Assembly (NCBI GenBank): GCA_042408205.1
Contig: JBHOQK010000009.1
Span: forward strand, 5,486 to 69,485
Source of the DNA: Dehalococcoidia bacterium
Lineage (GTDB): Bacteria > Chloroflexota > Dehalococcoidia > GIF9 > DYGU01
Reading direction: 5' to 3'
Length of the DNA: 64,000 nt
Below, one piece after another: positions 1 through 9,744 of this stretch. The notes below the pieces were generated by a model. The model worked only from the letters and a program-made list of their open reading frames with translations. It was not told the origin of the DNA and searched no databases. The translations under genes were made by a program, and so were the position numbers. Positions within the stretch are counted from its first letter, which is position 1. Each line of letters starts with the position of its first letter.

Positions 1-411
1 GTTTCATACCAGCTTCTGAAGGGGTGCGTCCTGCCTTACGCCGATTGCAAGGAACACAGGCGCTAACTACATTTTCCCAAACATGCTTTCCTCCTCGTTT
101 TTTGGGGATGACATGGTCTAAAGTAAGTTCCTTTGTTTCCCGTCCACAATACTGGCAAGTATAATGGTCGCGATTAAAGACTTCATATTTAGTTAATTTT
201 CTTTGGAGTCGTGGGCGCTTGATAAGATAGTTGAGTCGGATTACTGAGGGTATAGGATAAGCTCCATCGACAGTGTGAAGTACCCCTAAGCCGTTTTCTA
301 AGGTTTCGGCTTTTCCCCTAAGAAGTAATATTACTGCCCGTCGAACTTGGCATATGTTTAGAGGTTCGTAATTCTGATTAAGGACTAATACTGGTAAATT
401 TATCATCTGGC
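1..411 (-). CDS. HNH endonuclease family protein (COG1403-like), 5' partial: the gene continues past the window start
   Basis: My own minus-strand translation from the ATG at 409-411 reads MINLPVLVLNQNYEPLNICQVRRAVILLLRGKAETLENG...HYTCQYCGRETKELTLDHVIPKKRGGKHVWENVVSACVPCNRRKAG... This is the characteristic HNH motif (C-x2-C...H..P.....G....N....C..CN). It is not in the ORF track because it runs off the window edge. Confidence 0.6.
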
Positions 412-487
412 TTACCCTTTAATTAAATTGCTTAATTCTAACAAGAAAGATTTTAAGTTGCAAGAAGTCAGTTTAATTTTAAAACCC

Positions 488-516
488 TTGACAAAGAAGT
501 TTATGAAATATATTGT
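488..516 (+). promoter_or_regulatory. Putative sigma70-type promoter upstream of dxs
   Basis: TTGACA at 488-493, a 17-nt spacer, and a weak -10 TATTGT at 511-516. The RBS GAGGAG lies at about 565-570 ahead of the ATG at 575. Confidence 0.35.
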
Positions 517-574
517 TTTGTTTGTTATAAATGAATTAAAAAACTTGTTTTTATATTACTTTTTGAGGAGCTGA

Positions 575-2449
575 ATGGGTATACTGGATAAAATTGACTG
601 TCCTGCTGATTTAAAGAAACTTGGTCCCTTAGAACTTGAAGAACTTGCTGGTGAAATACGCCAGCGGTTAATCGAGACTGTTTCCCTTAATGGGGGGCAT
701 CTAGCTTCAAACTTAGGTGTTGTTGAACTGACGATAGCTTTGCATCGAGTTTTCAATAGCCCTGAAGATAAAATAATATGGGATGTGGGGCATCAATGTT
801 ATACCCATAAGTTACTCACTGGACGCCGGGACCAGTTTAATACATTACGCCAATATGGAGGTTTATCAGGTTTTGTCGAATGTACCGAGAGTCCTCATGA
901 CCATTTTGGAACTGGGCATGCTGGAACTTCAGTGTCAGCTGCTTTAGGTATGGCTTTAGCCCGTGACTTAAATAAGCTAAATCACCACGTTGTCGCTGTT
1001 ATTGGTGATGGTTCTCTTGGTACTGGAATGGCTTTTGAAGCAATCAATCATGTCGGACAACTGGGTACTAAGTTAATCGTGGTTCTGAACGATAACGGTA
1101 TGTCTATCTCACCTACTGTAGGAGCAGTTTCTCGACTACTTAATCGGGTGAAGCTTGACCCGAGATACGAACTGTTTAAAAAGGAAGCAAAGAGGAAGGT
1201 CATACGTTTGCCCTTTGGGAAGCTTACCTGGGAATTTAGTAAACGTCTTAAAAGCAGTTTTGAAAGCATTTTTTTACCTAATATTTTCTGGGAACAGCTT
1301 GGCTTCTCTTATCTAGGACCAGTAGATGGTCACGATATTAAACAACTGGAGGCAGCACTTATCAGAGCCCGTGACTTTGAATCTAAACCAACATTAGTTC
1401 ATGTTCTTACCAAGAAAGGTAAAGGATATGCGGCTGCTGAAGCTAATGGGACTAAATTTCATGGTTTACCACCTAAAGAAGCTATGATTAAAGATGCTCT
1501 ATCCTATAGTGAAGTTTTTGGTCAAACTGTGCTTAGCTTAATGCATAAAAATAAGCACGTAGTCGCCATTACCGCAGCCATGCTGGAGGGAACTGGTTTA
1601 GCACCTGTGGCAGCTCAATTTCCTGATCGTGTTTTTGATGTGGGCATCTGTGAGCAACATGCGGTAACTCTGGCTGCTGGATTAGCTACTCAAGGATTTA
1701 TCCCTATCGTTGCTATTTATTCCACTTTCTTACAGCGAGCTTATGACCAGATTATTCACGATGTCTGTATCCAAAACTTACCTGTGGTCTTTGCTATTGA
1801 TCGTGCTGGCATTGTTGGTGATGATGGCAAGACTCATCAAGGAGCTTTTGATATTTCTTATCTTCGTGCTATTCCCAATATGATTGTCGCTGCTCCCAAG
1901 GACGAAGTTGAGTTTCAGCATCTTCTTTATACAGCGATTAATGCTGGGCGCCCGATGGCAGTTCGGTATCCTAAAGGCAGTGGAGTGGGTAGACCGCTAA
2001 CCTCTGATTTTCAGCTTTTACCTATAGGTAAAGGTGAAATACTTAAAGCTGGAGAGGATATTGCTATTCTTGCCCTTGGTTCCACGGTTTATCCTGCTTT
2101 GGCTGCTGCGGAGAAGCTTGCCCACGCTGGTATCCGGTGTGCGGTAGCTAATATGCGTTTTGCTAAACCCTTAGACTCAGAACTTATCATCAAATTGGCG
2201 GAGACTACGAAGCATCTTCTTACTGTAGAAGAAAATGCTCTTGCTGGAGGCTTTGGTAGCGCTGTCTTGGAGATACTGGAGCAAACCAAACTGGCAGGTG
2301 TTAAAGTGGAACGTCTTGGCTTGCCAGATAAGTTTATTGACCATGGGAAGCAAGAGCTCTTTCGTGCCATGTTCAACTTGGACTCGGAAGGTATTGTCAG
2401 GCAGGTTAAGGTTATTTTTTCCGAGGCGAGTGTGAAATTTCCGGAGTGA
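575..2449 (+). CDS. dxs: 1-deoxy-D-xylulose-5-phosphate synthase
   Basis: 624 aa. It has the TPP-binding GDG motif (AVIGDGSLGTGMAFEAIN) and transketolase-like pyrimidine and C-terminal domains. Length and order are typical of Dxs. Confidence 0.95.
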   Translation: MGILDKIDCPADLKKLGPLELEELAGEIRQRLIETVSLNGGHLASNLGVVELTIALHRVFNSPEDKIIWDVGHQCYTHKLLTGRRDQFNTLRQYGGLSGFVECTESPHDHFGTGHAGTSVSAALGMALARDLNKLNHHVVAVIGDGSLGTGMAFEAINHVGQLGTKLIVVLNDNGMSISPTVGAVSRLLNRVKLDPRYELFKKEAKRKVIRLPFGKLTWEFSKRLKSSFESIFLPNIFWEQLGFSYLGPVDGHDIKQLEAALIRARDFESKPTLVHVLTKKGKGYAAAEANGTKFHGLPPKEAMIKDALSYSEVFGQTVLSLMHKNKHVVAITAAMLEGTGLAPVAAQFPDRVFDVGICEQHAVTLAAGLATQGFIPIVAIYSTFLQRAYDQIIHDVCIQNLPVVFAIDRAGIVGDDGKTHQGAFDISYLRAIPNMIVAAPKDEVEFQHLLYTAINAGRPMAVRYPKGSGVGRPLTSDFQLLPIGKGEILKAGEDIAILALGSTVYPALAAAEKLAHAGIRCAVANMRFAKPLDSELIIKLAETTKHLLTVEENALAGGFGSAVLEILEQTKLAGVKVERLGLPDKFIDHGKQELFRAMFNLDSEGIVRQVKVIFSEASVKFPE

Positions 2450-2481
2450 GGAGTTTAGGTCAGCGGATGAAGGGGTTAGGA

Positions 2482-3894
2482 CTAAGTACGACTTCGTTTT
2501 GACAGTCCTCTTGGGAATTTTAGGGTTCGGTTGGCTTTTAAATCCCCCCGGTAATCGGGAGCAGTGATATTGAAAACAAGGCTGAGGCTGGGGTCGACCA
2601 TCCGGGAACTAAGACGAGTTTCAATCTCGTCTAAGGAAAAGCTGGTAGTGATTACTGTGGGTAACCGAGCATTATAACGGTAGTTAATTAACTGGTAGAG
2701 TTTTTCCTGTGCCCAAGGTGTGGTGGCTTGTTCTCCAAAGTCATCCAGAATGAGAAGGGGAGTTTTCTTAACTGTCTCAAAGAGTTCATCATAAGATACT
2801 TTGCTTTCTGGACTAAAGGCTGAGCGAAGGTGATCCAGGAGGTCAGGGACAATTACAAAGCAAACTGGCTTTCCAGCTTGGAGTTGATAATTGGCGATGG
2901 CAGCGGCTAAGTGAGTTTTGCCACAACCATTCCCGCCTTGTAAGATTAACCAGCCTTGAGGGGATTGAGCAAAATTAAGGGCGAGGCGAAAAGCCTGCTC
3001 TAAATTTTGGCGTTGTTCAAGGGGTAAATTTAACCGTCTGTAGTCAAAATTACTAAAAGTCATATTGCGAAGTAATTCTAAGTTCAGGCTTTTTAAAGGC
3101 TCTAAGTCAAAGGAAATCTTTTCTCCAACTATGAGAACCTGACAAAAGTTGGGGTCAGTTAATCGGCTACGAAGTCGTTCTTCAAATTTTTCTAAGGAGA
3201 CATCAGTAGTGATAACCATAGGTAGTCTGAAATTAAAGCGGTGGTTAAAAAGTTGTTCCATTTTTTCTTTTGCCCAAGGTGTAGCTCCGGTCAAACTAAA
3301 GTCGTCTAAGATAAGAAGGGGGATATTCTTGACTCTTTCAAAGAGTTCATCATAAGGGACCTCGCTATCTGGGGCAAATGTAGAACGGAGGTGGTCAAAG
3401 AGGTCGCTAGTTCCTATATAAAAAACAGGTTGCCCCAAACTTAAGCGATAATTAGCAATAGCACAGGATAGGTGAGTTTTGCCACAACCGCTGGGTCCCA
3501 CCAATATCAGCCAGCCTTTTGGGTTAGCGGCAAAGTTTTTAGCCGCTTCATAAGCTTGCCGGAAATATTGTTGGGAAACAATATTTCCTTGCCTTCCCGT
3601 GGGTAGTAAAGTTTCAAAAGTAAGATGAGAAAGGGAGGCTAAATTGCTATATTTTTCCAAGTAAGCCAGTTTTTCTTTTTGTAGCTTGTTTTGAATACAT
3701 TGGCAAGGTGTGGCCCGGCTAAAATCAGGTTTTCCCGTGGTTAAACGGGGGTAAACAAAGCCGGCACCTTTACACAAAGGGCAGTCTGGCGATGAGTTTT
3801 GAGGTTGATTAGCGTTTAACCAGGCGTCCGTATTTGCCCTTAATATATTTGTCCGGGTCTGTTTCTTTTTTAGAATGTCTTGGAGACTTTCCAT
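2482..3894 (-). CDS. DnaI/DnaC-family helicase loader with an N-terminal Cys-rich domain and two tandem AAA+ loader modules
   Basis: 470 aa. The N-terminus has the Cys spacing CPLCKG...PCQC. It carries two intact Walker A motifs (GPSGCGKTHL and GGNGCGKTHL) and two Walker B motifs (LLILDDF twice). Each repeat ends in a DnaC/IstB-like motif (PWAKEKMEQLFNHRFNFRLPMVITT and PWAQEKLYQLINYRYNARLPTVITT). It lies directly downstream of the dnaB helicase and the DnaD-like gene. Confidence 0.75.
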   Translation of the reverse strand: MESLQDILKKKQTRTNILRANTDAWLNANQPQNSSPDCPLCKGAGFVYPRLTTGKPDFSRATPCQCIQNKLQKEKLAYLEKYSNLASLSHLTFETLLPTGRQGNIVSQQYFRQAYEAAKNFAANPKGWLILVGPSGCGKTHLSCAIANYRLSLGQPVFYIGTSDLFDHLRSTFAPDSEVPYDELFERVKNIPLLILDDFSLTGATPWAKEKMEQLFNHRFNFRLPMVITTDVSLEKFEERLRSRLTDPNFCQVLIVGEKISFDLEPLKSLNLELLRNMTFSNFDYRRLNLPLEQRQNLEQAFRLALNFAQSPQGWLILQGGNGCGKTHLAAAIANYQLQAGKPVCFVIVPDLLDHLRSAFSPESKVSYDELFETVKKTPLLILDDFGEQATTPWAQEKLYQLINYRYNARLPTVITTSFSLDEIETRLSSRMVDPSLSLVFNITAPDYRGDLKANRTLKFPRGLSKRSRT

Positions 3895-4528
3895 GATTTT
3901 TGCCTTCTGTTGCCCATCGTTCTAGGATGCGAGCAATATATCTCCAATTGCGTTTATTCAAAGCGACAGCTTCTTTAAAAGCACTCTGAATCCATTCGGG
4001 AGGATAAAGTTTTTCGGCTTCACGAAGTTCCTCAGCCAGCATTGGAGTTAACATACCTATATTTTGTTCATAGAGGCTAAATATGTCCAAAGGTTGAGGC
4101 GCTATCATTTCAGGCTCTTTAGCTACTTCAAGTCCTTCTAAAGAAAATTTACCCTCTAAAATTTGATTCATGGCTTTCTTATCAGACGGTGTATTAAGAA
4201 AATAAACTTCCTCTTGGTGATTATCTTTTTTTAGGGTTAAATGCAGAAGAGTGCCTCTTTGGACAGCTAAGTTTAAAGCATTCTGAAGGGATTGGGCTGG
4301 AGATTTGACTTTTTCTTTTATTCCTGAAATTAATGTTCTATCGGATAGGAGCTCAGTGAAGGTTATAAATCGGGGGTAGCCCCGTTTCTGATAAAGCCGC
4401 CAAAAGATATGTAAAGTTGTCTTAAGTTCAGTTATATCTTCGATTTCAGGCATTATTCGGGTAAAGAATAAATTAGGAATGAAAGTGCCTTCGGCTTTGA
4501 GGGGAAAACCACTAAAATTTTGTCCCAT
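3809..4528 (-). CDS. DnaD-domain primosomal/replication initiation protein (DnaD/DnaB-like)
   Basis: 239 aa. The C-terminal DDBH2-like region (YEQNIGMLTPMLAEELREAEKLYPPEWIQSAFKEAVALNKRNWRYIARILERW) carries the YxxxIxxxW signature. It sits between the helicase and loader genes. Its 3' end overlaps the annotated loader start by 86 nt, so the loader's true start may be further downstream. Confidence 0.7.
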   Translation of the reverse strand: MGQNFSGFPLKAEGTFIPNLFFTRIMPEIEDITELKTTLHIFWRLYQKRGYPRFITFTELLSDRTLISGIKEKVKSPAQSLQNALNLAVQRGTLLHLTLKKDNHQEEVYFLNTPSDKKAMNQILEGKFSLEGLEVAKEPEMIAPQPLDIFSLYEQNIGMLTPMLAEELREAEKLYPPEWIQSAFKEAVALNKRNWRYIARILERWATEGKNHGKSPRHSKKETDPDKYIKGKYGRLVKR

Positions 4529-4574
4529 GACTTTGATTCCTAAATTTCTATTATATCTTGAGCGGGGTCTTTGT

Positions 4575-5951
4575 TTAAGGGGTTGACGACGCCTCTACTT
4601 CTAAATTGTCAAATTTAGCTGTTCGGGCTATGAAACGCAATTTAACAGTTCCGGTGGGTCCGTTACGATGCTTAGCTATAATAATGTCAGCAATTCCCTT
4701 TGGATAGGGTTCCTTTTCAATATCATGGTCTTTATACCATTCCTCAGGGGATGGATAGTATACTTCAGGACGATGAATGAAAATGACGACATCGGCATCT
4801 TGCTCAATACTACCGCTCTCCCTTAGGTCAGATAGTTGGGGTATGTGGGAAGCTCGCCATTCTACCGCCCGGCTTAATTGAGAAACAACAACTATCGGTC
4901 TGTCTAATTCTCGGGCTAAGGCTTTGAGAGAACGAGTTATCTCACTAATTTCCTGTACTCGATTTTCACTTCGGGTGTCACCGCGAATTAACTGAAGATA
5001 ATCAATAACAACCAAATCAACACCTCGCTCAAAATGGAGGCGACGAACTTTGCTTCGCATTTCTATTACTCTGGGTTGAGGTGAGTCGTCAATATAAATA
5101 GGTGCTTCAGAAAGAACGCCACTGGCGTCCATGATTTGCTTTTCTTCCTCTTCCGTATAAAGACCGAGGCGGAGCCGCCTTAAATCGACATTGGATTCAC
5201 TGGCAAGAAGACGTTGTACGACAGCTTCTCGGGACATTTCAAGACTGAAAAAAGCAACACAGGCATGTTGATTAACTGCAGCATTTCTGGCAATACCAAG
5301 AGCTAAGCTGGTTTTTCCCAAACTTGGTCTTGCAGCTAAAATGATTAAGTCTGAGCGTTGTAATCCTCCCAGAAAATCATCCAAGGCGGCAAAACCAGAC
5401 AAGACATGAGGAATTTCTCCTTCTCGATGAATTAACGGTCTTGTTTCTTCAAAATATTGGTCAAGGACTTGGCGAATAGGGATGAAGTCACGGGTACTTT
5501 GCCTTTGGCGGACTTTGAAAAGGATATCTTCAGCCTTTGCCAGGGCAGCATCCACGTCCGGTTGAGCTTCATAGCCTATAGCTGCAATTTGACCACCAGC
5601 GGTGATCAATCGTCGCATCACTGCCAGGTTTGACACAATTCGGGCATAATACTCAATGTGTAAAGGGGTGGGCACAATAGAAATTAGGTGGCTTAAATAG
5701 GCAGCACCACCGATGGCATCGAGTTTTCCTTGGCGTATTAGTTCTCGAGCGACAGTAACTTGATTAATGCCCTCATTCCGCTGATAAAGGGCGAGGCAGG
5801 CTTCATAAATCCAACGAGTGGGTTCGCTAAAGAAATCTTCAGGGGTAAGAAAGGTAGCAATTTTAAATATGGCTTCGCTATCTATAAGGAGAGAGCCAAT
5901 TACTGCTTCTTCTGCTTCTATGTCATGAGGGGGTAATTTTTCAGTAACCAT
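4575..5951 (-). CDS. dnaB: Replicative DNA helicase
   Basis: 458 aa. Contains Walker A (GKTSLALGIA) and a RecA-like fold, plus a DnaB N-terminal domain. The conserved rplI-helicase adjacency is present. Confidence 0.95.
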   Translation of the reverse strand: MVTEKLPPHDIEAEEAVIGSLLIDSEAIFKIATFLTPEDFFSEPTRWIYEACLALYQRNEGINQVTVARELIRQGKLDAIGGAAYLSHLISIVPTPLHIEYYARIVSNLAVMRRLITAGGQIAAIGYEAQPDVDAALAKAEDILFKVRQRQSTRDFIPIRQVLDQYFEETRPLIHREGEIPHVLSGFAALDDFLGGLQRSDLIILAARPSLGKTSLALGIARNAAVNQHACVAFFSLEMSREAVVQRLLASESNVDLRRLRLGLYTEEEEKQIMDASGVLSEAPIYIDDSPQPRVIEMRSKVRRLHFERGVDLVVIDYLQLIRGDTRSENRVQEISEITRSLKALARELDRPIVVVSQLSRAVEWRASHIPQLSDLRESGSIEQDADVVIFIHRPEVYYPSPEEWYKDHDIEKEPYPKGIADIIIAKHRNGPTGTVKLRFIARTAKFDNLEVEASSTP

Positions 5952-5953
5952 TT

Positions 5954-6409
5954 TCAGTCTTTTTCCTCCTCAATAATTACAATAATTTTAGTCTCTACCT
6001 TCGGGGATAGTTTCACTATTACCTCGTAACTCCCTAGTTCCTTCAAAGGCTTTGGTAGCACAATTTTTCTTTTATCCAGAGTAAAACCAGTAAGCTGGCT
6101 AAGTTTTTCAGCTATGGCGGTGGCAGTGATGGAACCAAAAAGACGTTTTTTAGTACCACCGGCACGGGCATAAAAGTAAAGTTTGGTTCCTTCAATCTGA
6201 CGAGCTAATTCACCTAATCGGGCTTGTTCTTCAGTTTTTCGCTTAGCTTGCTGTTGAAGGCGAATTTGGGCAGTTTGAAGCTTAGTCTCCGTAGCTAACG
6301 CAGCTAAACCTCTGGGGATTAGGAAATTTCTGGCATACCCATTGGCGACTTCCTTAATTTCTCCCTTTTTACCTTTATTAGGGACGTCTTCTAAAAAAAT
6401 GACTCTCAA
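5954..6409 (-). CDS. rplI: 50S ribosomal protein L9
   Basis: 151 aa with an L9 N-terminal motif ([32 protein letters not shown]). Confidence 0.9.
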   Translation of the reverse strand: MRVIFLEDVPNKGKKGEIKEVANGYARNFLIPRGLAALATETKLQTAQIRLQQQAKRKTEEQARLGELARQIEGTKLYFYARAGGTKKRLFGSITATAIAEKLSQLTGFTLDKRKIVLPKPLKELGSYEVIVKLSPKVETKIIVIIEEEKD

Positions 6410-6421
6410 TTATTTTACCCT

Positions 6422-7345
6422 CTAAGTTAATTCTTTCAGGTATGTTTCTGCAGACAGAGCCGCAATGGCACCGTCACCAGCAGCGGTAATTACTTGCCTA
6501 GGAGAATCGTTCCGAATATCCCCAGCAGCAAAAATCCCAGGTATTTTTGTTTCCATAAGTTTATTAGTGATAATAAAACCATTTTTATCTAAAGGGACGC
6601 TTCCCTCTAAATAGTTGGTGTTAGGTATTAGACCAATTGCCACAAAAATGGCATCAACTTCTAAAGTAAATGCTTTGTTTGTGGTTACCTCTTTCAATTT
6701 AAGGAAATTCACCTTATCTTTACCTCCAATTTCAGTAACGATGGTGTCCCATAGGAATTCTATTTTTGGCTCGCTAAAGGCTTTCTTCTGGAGAATTTGG
6801 CTAGCCCTTAATTGATGGCGTCGATGAATAACTTTTACTGATGAGGCAAATTTACTCAGGGTGAGAGCTTCAGTAATGGCGGTATTTCCACCTCCGATAA
6901 CAGCTACAATTCCGTTTCTAAATAAAGGTCCATCGCAGGTAGCACAATAAGAGACTCCTTTGCCAATAAACTTATCTTCTCCAGGTATTCCTAATTTACG
7001 GCGTTGGCAACCACCGGCAATGATTATAGCATTGGTAGTAAAATCTCTTTGAGTTGTTTTTACTATTTTGTATTTCTCCCCATTTTGGATATTAGTGACT
7101 TCGTCAATAAGGATTTCGAGTCCGTATTTTATTGCTTGTTGGTGCATAGATTCAGTGAGCTCAAATCCTGAAACACCCTCCGGAAAACCGGGATAATTTT
7201 CGATCCTTTCTACATTTATTGCCTGCCCCCCGATGAGCTCTTTTTCAATAAGTAAGGTTTTTATTCCAGCTCTTGAACTATAAAGTCCAGCAGTAAGTCC
7301 GGCTGGTCCCCCACCAACAATGATTAATTGAAATTCCTGATTCAT
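6422..7345 (-). CDS. trxB: Thioredoxin-disulfide reductase
   Basis: 307 aa. Has an FAD site (GGGPAG), the redox-active CATCDG motif, and an NADPH site (GGGNTA). Confidence 0.85.
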   Translation of the reverse strand: MNQEFQLIIVGGGPAGLTAGLYSSRAGIKTLLIEKELIGGQAINVERIENYPGFPEGVSGFELTESMHQQAIKYGLEILIDEVTNIQNGEKYKIVKTTQRDFTTNAIIIAGGCQRRKLGIPGEDKFIGKGVSYCATCDGPLFRNGIVAVIGGGNTAITEALTLSKFASSVKVIHRRHQLRASQILQKKAFSEPKIEFLWDTIVTEIGGKDKVNFLKLKEVTTNKAFTLEVDAIFVAIGLIPNTNYLEGSVPLDKNGFIITNKLMETKIPGIFAAGDIRNDSPRQVITAAGDGAIAALSAETYLKELT

Positions 7346-7349
7346 TAAG

Positions 7350-8390
7350 TTAATAGTCTTGCTTTTCTATAACTGGAGAATGATTCAAGGCGGAGGAACT
7401 TTTTTGTTCTGTAAAACCTTCAATCATTGCTTTAGCTACTTCTATTTGGGCAGTTCGATGGGCTAAAAAGATGGCATTTTTAATAGCTTTAGCCCGACTA
7501 CGCCCATGGGCGACTATGACATTGCCGTTCACCCCTAACAAAGGTGCCCCTCCCTGCTCACTATAATCTAACTTTTTGGCAAAGGCTCCTAAGACTGGTT
7601 TAAAAAGAGGAGCTGTCTCACGGAAACCGGTCTCACTGGTTAGGATTTGCTCAAAGAAATCAAAAATAGTTTCCCCAAAGCCTTCAATTACTTTCAAGAC
7701 CATATTTCCAGTAAAACCATCGGTAACAATTACATCAACCAAACCTCGGGCGATGTCCTTGCCTTCTATATTACCTATAAAATTGAGCGAGCTGGCTTTA
7801 AGCAATTTATAACTTTCCCGGCACAAACGGTTTCCTTTCATTTTTTCTTCTCCAGTAGTAAGCAAACCGACTCGGGGGTTTTTGAGGTTAAAGACCTTTT
7901 CCATGTAGATTTTGCCTAATTGAGCAAAATTAACTAAGAAAGAAGGTTTACAATCAGCATTAGCCCCTACATCTAAGAGGAGAGAAAAACTAGTTGGAGT
8001 TGGTAATAAAATGGTTAAGGCTGGTCGTTCAACTCCTTTTATTTTGCCTAAGACCAGAACTGAGGCAGAAACAATAGCTCCAGTACTGCCAGCTGAAACA
8101 AAAGCTGATGCTTCCCCATGGCGAAGCATATTTAGACCCATCACTATTGAAGACTGGCGCTTGGTTCGAACTGCTTTAGTCGGATGTTCTTCGGGACTAA
8201 TAACTTCAGGAGCATCGATAAAGGAAAGACGAGGATTAGCAGGGGCATAGTCCTGGAGTAAAGGTAGGACCATATTTTTTTTACCCAGTAAAACAATTTG
8301 AATTTCTCGTTCTTGGGCAGCTTCAATGGCTCCTTTAACTATTTCAGAAGGGGCATAATCACCCCCCATGGCATCGACAGCAATTTTCAT
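7350..8390 (-). CDS. plsX: Phosphate acyltransferase PlsX
   Basis: 346 aa. The PlsX family signature MKIAVDAMGGDYAP is at the N-terminus. Confidence 0.9.
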   Translation of the reverse strand: MKIAVDAMGGDYAPSEIVKGAIEAAQEREIQIVLLGKKNMVLPLLQDYAPANPRLSFIDAPEVISPEEHPTKAVRTKRQSSIVMGLNMLRHGEASAFVSAGSTGAIVSASVLVLGKIKGVERPALTILLPTPTSFSLLLDVGANADCKPSFLVNFAQLGKIYMEKVFNLKNPRVGLLTTGEEKMKGNRLCRESYKLLKASSLNFIGNIEGKDIARGLVDVIVTDGFTGNMVLKVIEGFGETIFDFFEQILTSETGFRETAPLFKPVLGAFAKKLDYSEQGGAPLLGVNGNVIVAHGRSRAKAIKNAIFLAHRTAQIEVAKAMIEGFTEQKSSSALNHSPVIEKQDY

Positions 8391-8408
8391 TTCCCTTTCC
8401 TTTCTTGA

Positions 8409-9593
8409 CTAATTTTTTTGGTCAAACTCTTTTTTAATATTAATTAATATTTCTGCATCGGACAAGAGGTCGATAATAGTCATACCTAAAGCTTTGGCGG
8501 CATCCAAAAGCCCTTTGTTTCCGGCTTCTGATGCGGCGGCTTGGGCAAATTCTGGAGAATGGATTGATACCTCAGGGGGAGCAATAGCTATGAAAGGATG
8601 AATTGCTGGGACTACCTGGCTAACATTGCCCATATCTGTACTACCGAAACCGAAATGAAATTGGAAGGATTCTACTTTGCGCCCAAGGGACTCAAGATTA
8701 CGGGCAAAAAGATTAGCCAAAGTTAAATTAGTTCTTATTGGGATATAAGTTCTTTTCCCCCAATTATATTTTAAGCGAGCTCCTGTGGCTAAAGAAGCAG
8801 CCTGAAAGCAGTTCAATACTTTTTCTTTTAATTCTTCCAAATAAGTGCTGTCTTTGGCGCGAACTAAAAATCGGGCGGCGGAATAGGCAGGTACTATATT
8901 GGCAGCTTCACCACCATGGGTGATAATTCCATGGACACGGGCACCTTCTTTAATATGCTGGCGCAGAGAATTTAGGTTGTTAAAGGACAATATCATAGCT
9001 TCCAAAGCATTAATCCCTTGCTCTGGGTGAGCTGCAGCGTGGGCTGGTTTGCCAAAAAATTCAATTTCAAGGGAACTACAAGCTAAAGATTGAGTAACAA
9101 CTAAATTATAAACCCCTGGATGCACTAACATAGCTATATCTACAGAATCAAATACACCTGTTTCTATCATGATTATTTTACCCCCCATTATTTCCTCCCC
9201 AGGGGTGCCTAAGACTTGAATTGTCCCATTTAAGTTATCAGTGACAAATTTGGTTGCAATAGCAGCGCCGACAGCAGCGGCAGCAATTATATTGTGTCCA
9301 CAGCCATGGCCAATCTTCGGTAATGCATCGTATTCGGCAAGAAGAGCAATTACCGGCTTTCCTTCTCCTGTCTGTGCTCTGAAGGCAGTAGCTAAACCGC
9401 TTATACCTCTTTCCACTTGAAAATTGTTTCTCTCCAAGAATTCGCAAAGCCATCCTGAAGCTTTTTTCTCTTCAAAACCTGTCTCCGGATTGGTGTGGAT
9501 TTTCAAACTTAGTTCAATGAGTTGGTGACGGTAAAATTCAACTCGTTCTTTTACTTCTGCTTTGAGCTTATCCTTCTCTAAAACCGCTTTCAC
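8409..9593 (-). CDS. M20-family amidohydrolase (N-acyl-amino acid amidohydrolase / hippuricase-like)
   Basis: 394 aa. The metal-binding His/Asp pattern fits the M20D family (GHGCGHN, LVHPGV). Confidence 0.75.
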   Translation of the reverse strand: MKAVLEKDKLKAEVKERVEFYRHQLIELSLKIHTNPETGFEEKKASGWLCEFLERNNFQVERGISGLATAFRAQTGEGKPVIALLAEYDALPKIGHGCGHNIIAAAAVGAAIATKFVTDNLNGTIQVLGTPGEEIMGGKIIMIETGVFDSVDIAMLVHPGVYNLVVTQSLACSSLEIEFFGKPAHAAAHPEQGINALEAMILSFNNLNSLRQHIKEGARVHGIITHGGEAANIVPAYSAARFLVRAKDSTYLEELKEKVLNCFQAASLATGARLKYNWGKRTYIPIRTNLTLANLFARNLESLGRKVESFQFHFGFGSTDMGNVSQVVPAIHPFIAIAPPEVSIHSPEFAQAAASEAGNKGLLDAAKALGMTIIDLLSDAEILINIKKEFDQKN

Positions 9594-9699
9594 TTTTAAA
9601 TTCCCCTTTTGTAAGTTGTTATTATACTCTATTTATTAAAAAGTCCCTAATTAAATTTTTAAGCTTAATTGCAATCGAAACTGGTGATGAATTAATGTC

Positions 9700-9728
9700 T
9701 TGACACCATAGGCAGGCAAATTTATAAT
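9700..9728 (+). promoter_or_regulatory. Consensus sigma70 promoter for the yceD-rpmF-fabD transcription unit
   Basis: TTGACA at 9700-9705, an exact 17-nt spacer, and TATAAT at 9723-9728. This is a perfect match to consensus. Confidence 0.55.
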
Positions 9729-9744
9729 AAGCCAATCTTTTAAT

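Noticed and set aside
2478-2509. Inverted repeat AGGACT...AGTCCT between the convergent dxs and loader genes, considered as a bidirectional terminator
   Set aside because: The loop is about 20 nt, it has no flanking T/A runs, and it overlaps the loader stop codon. Weak evidence.
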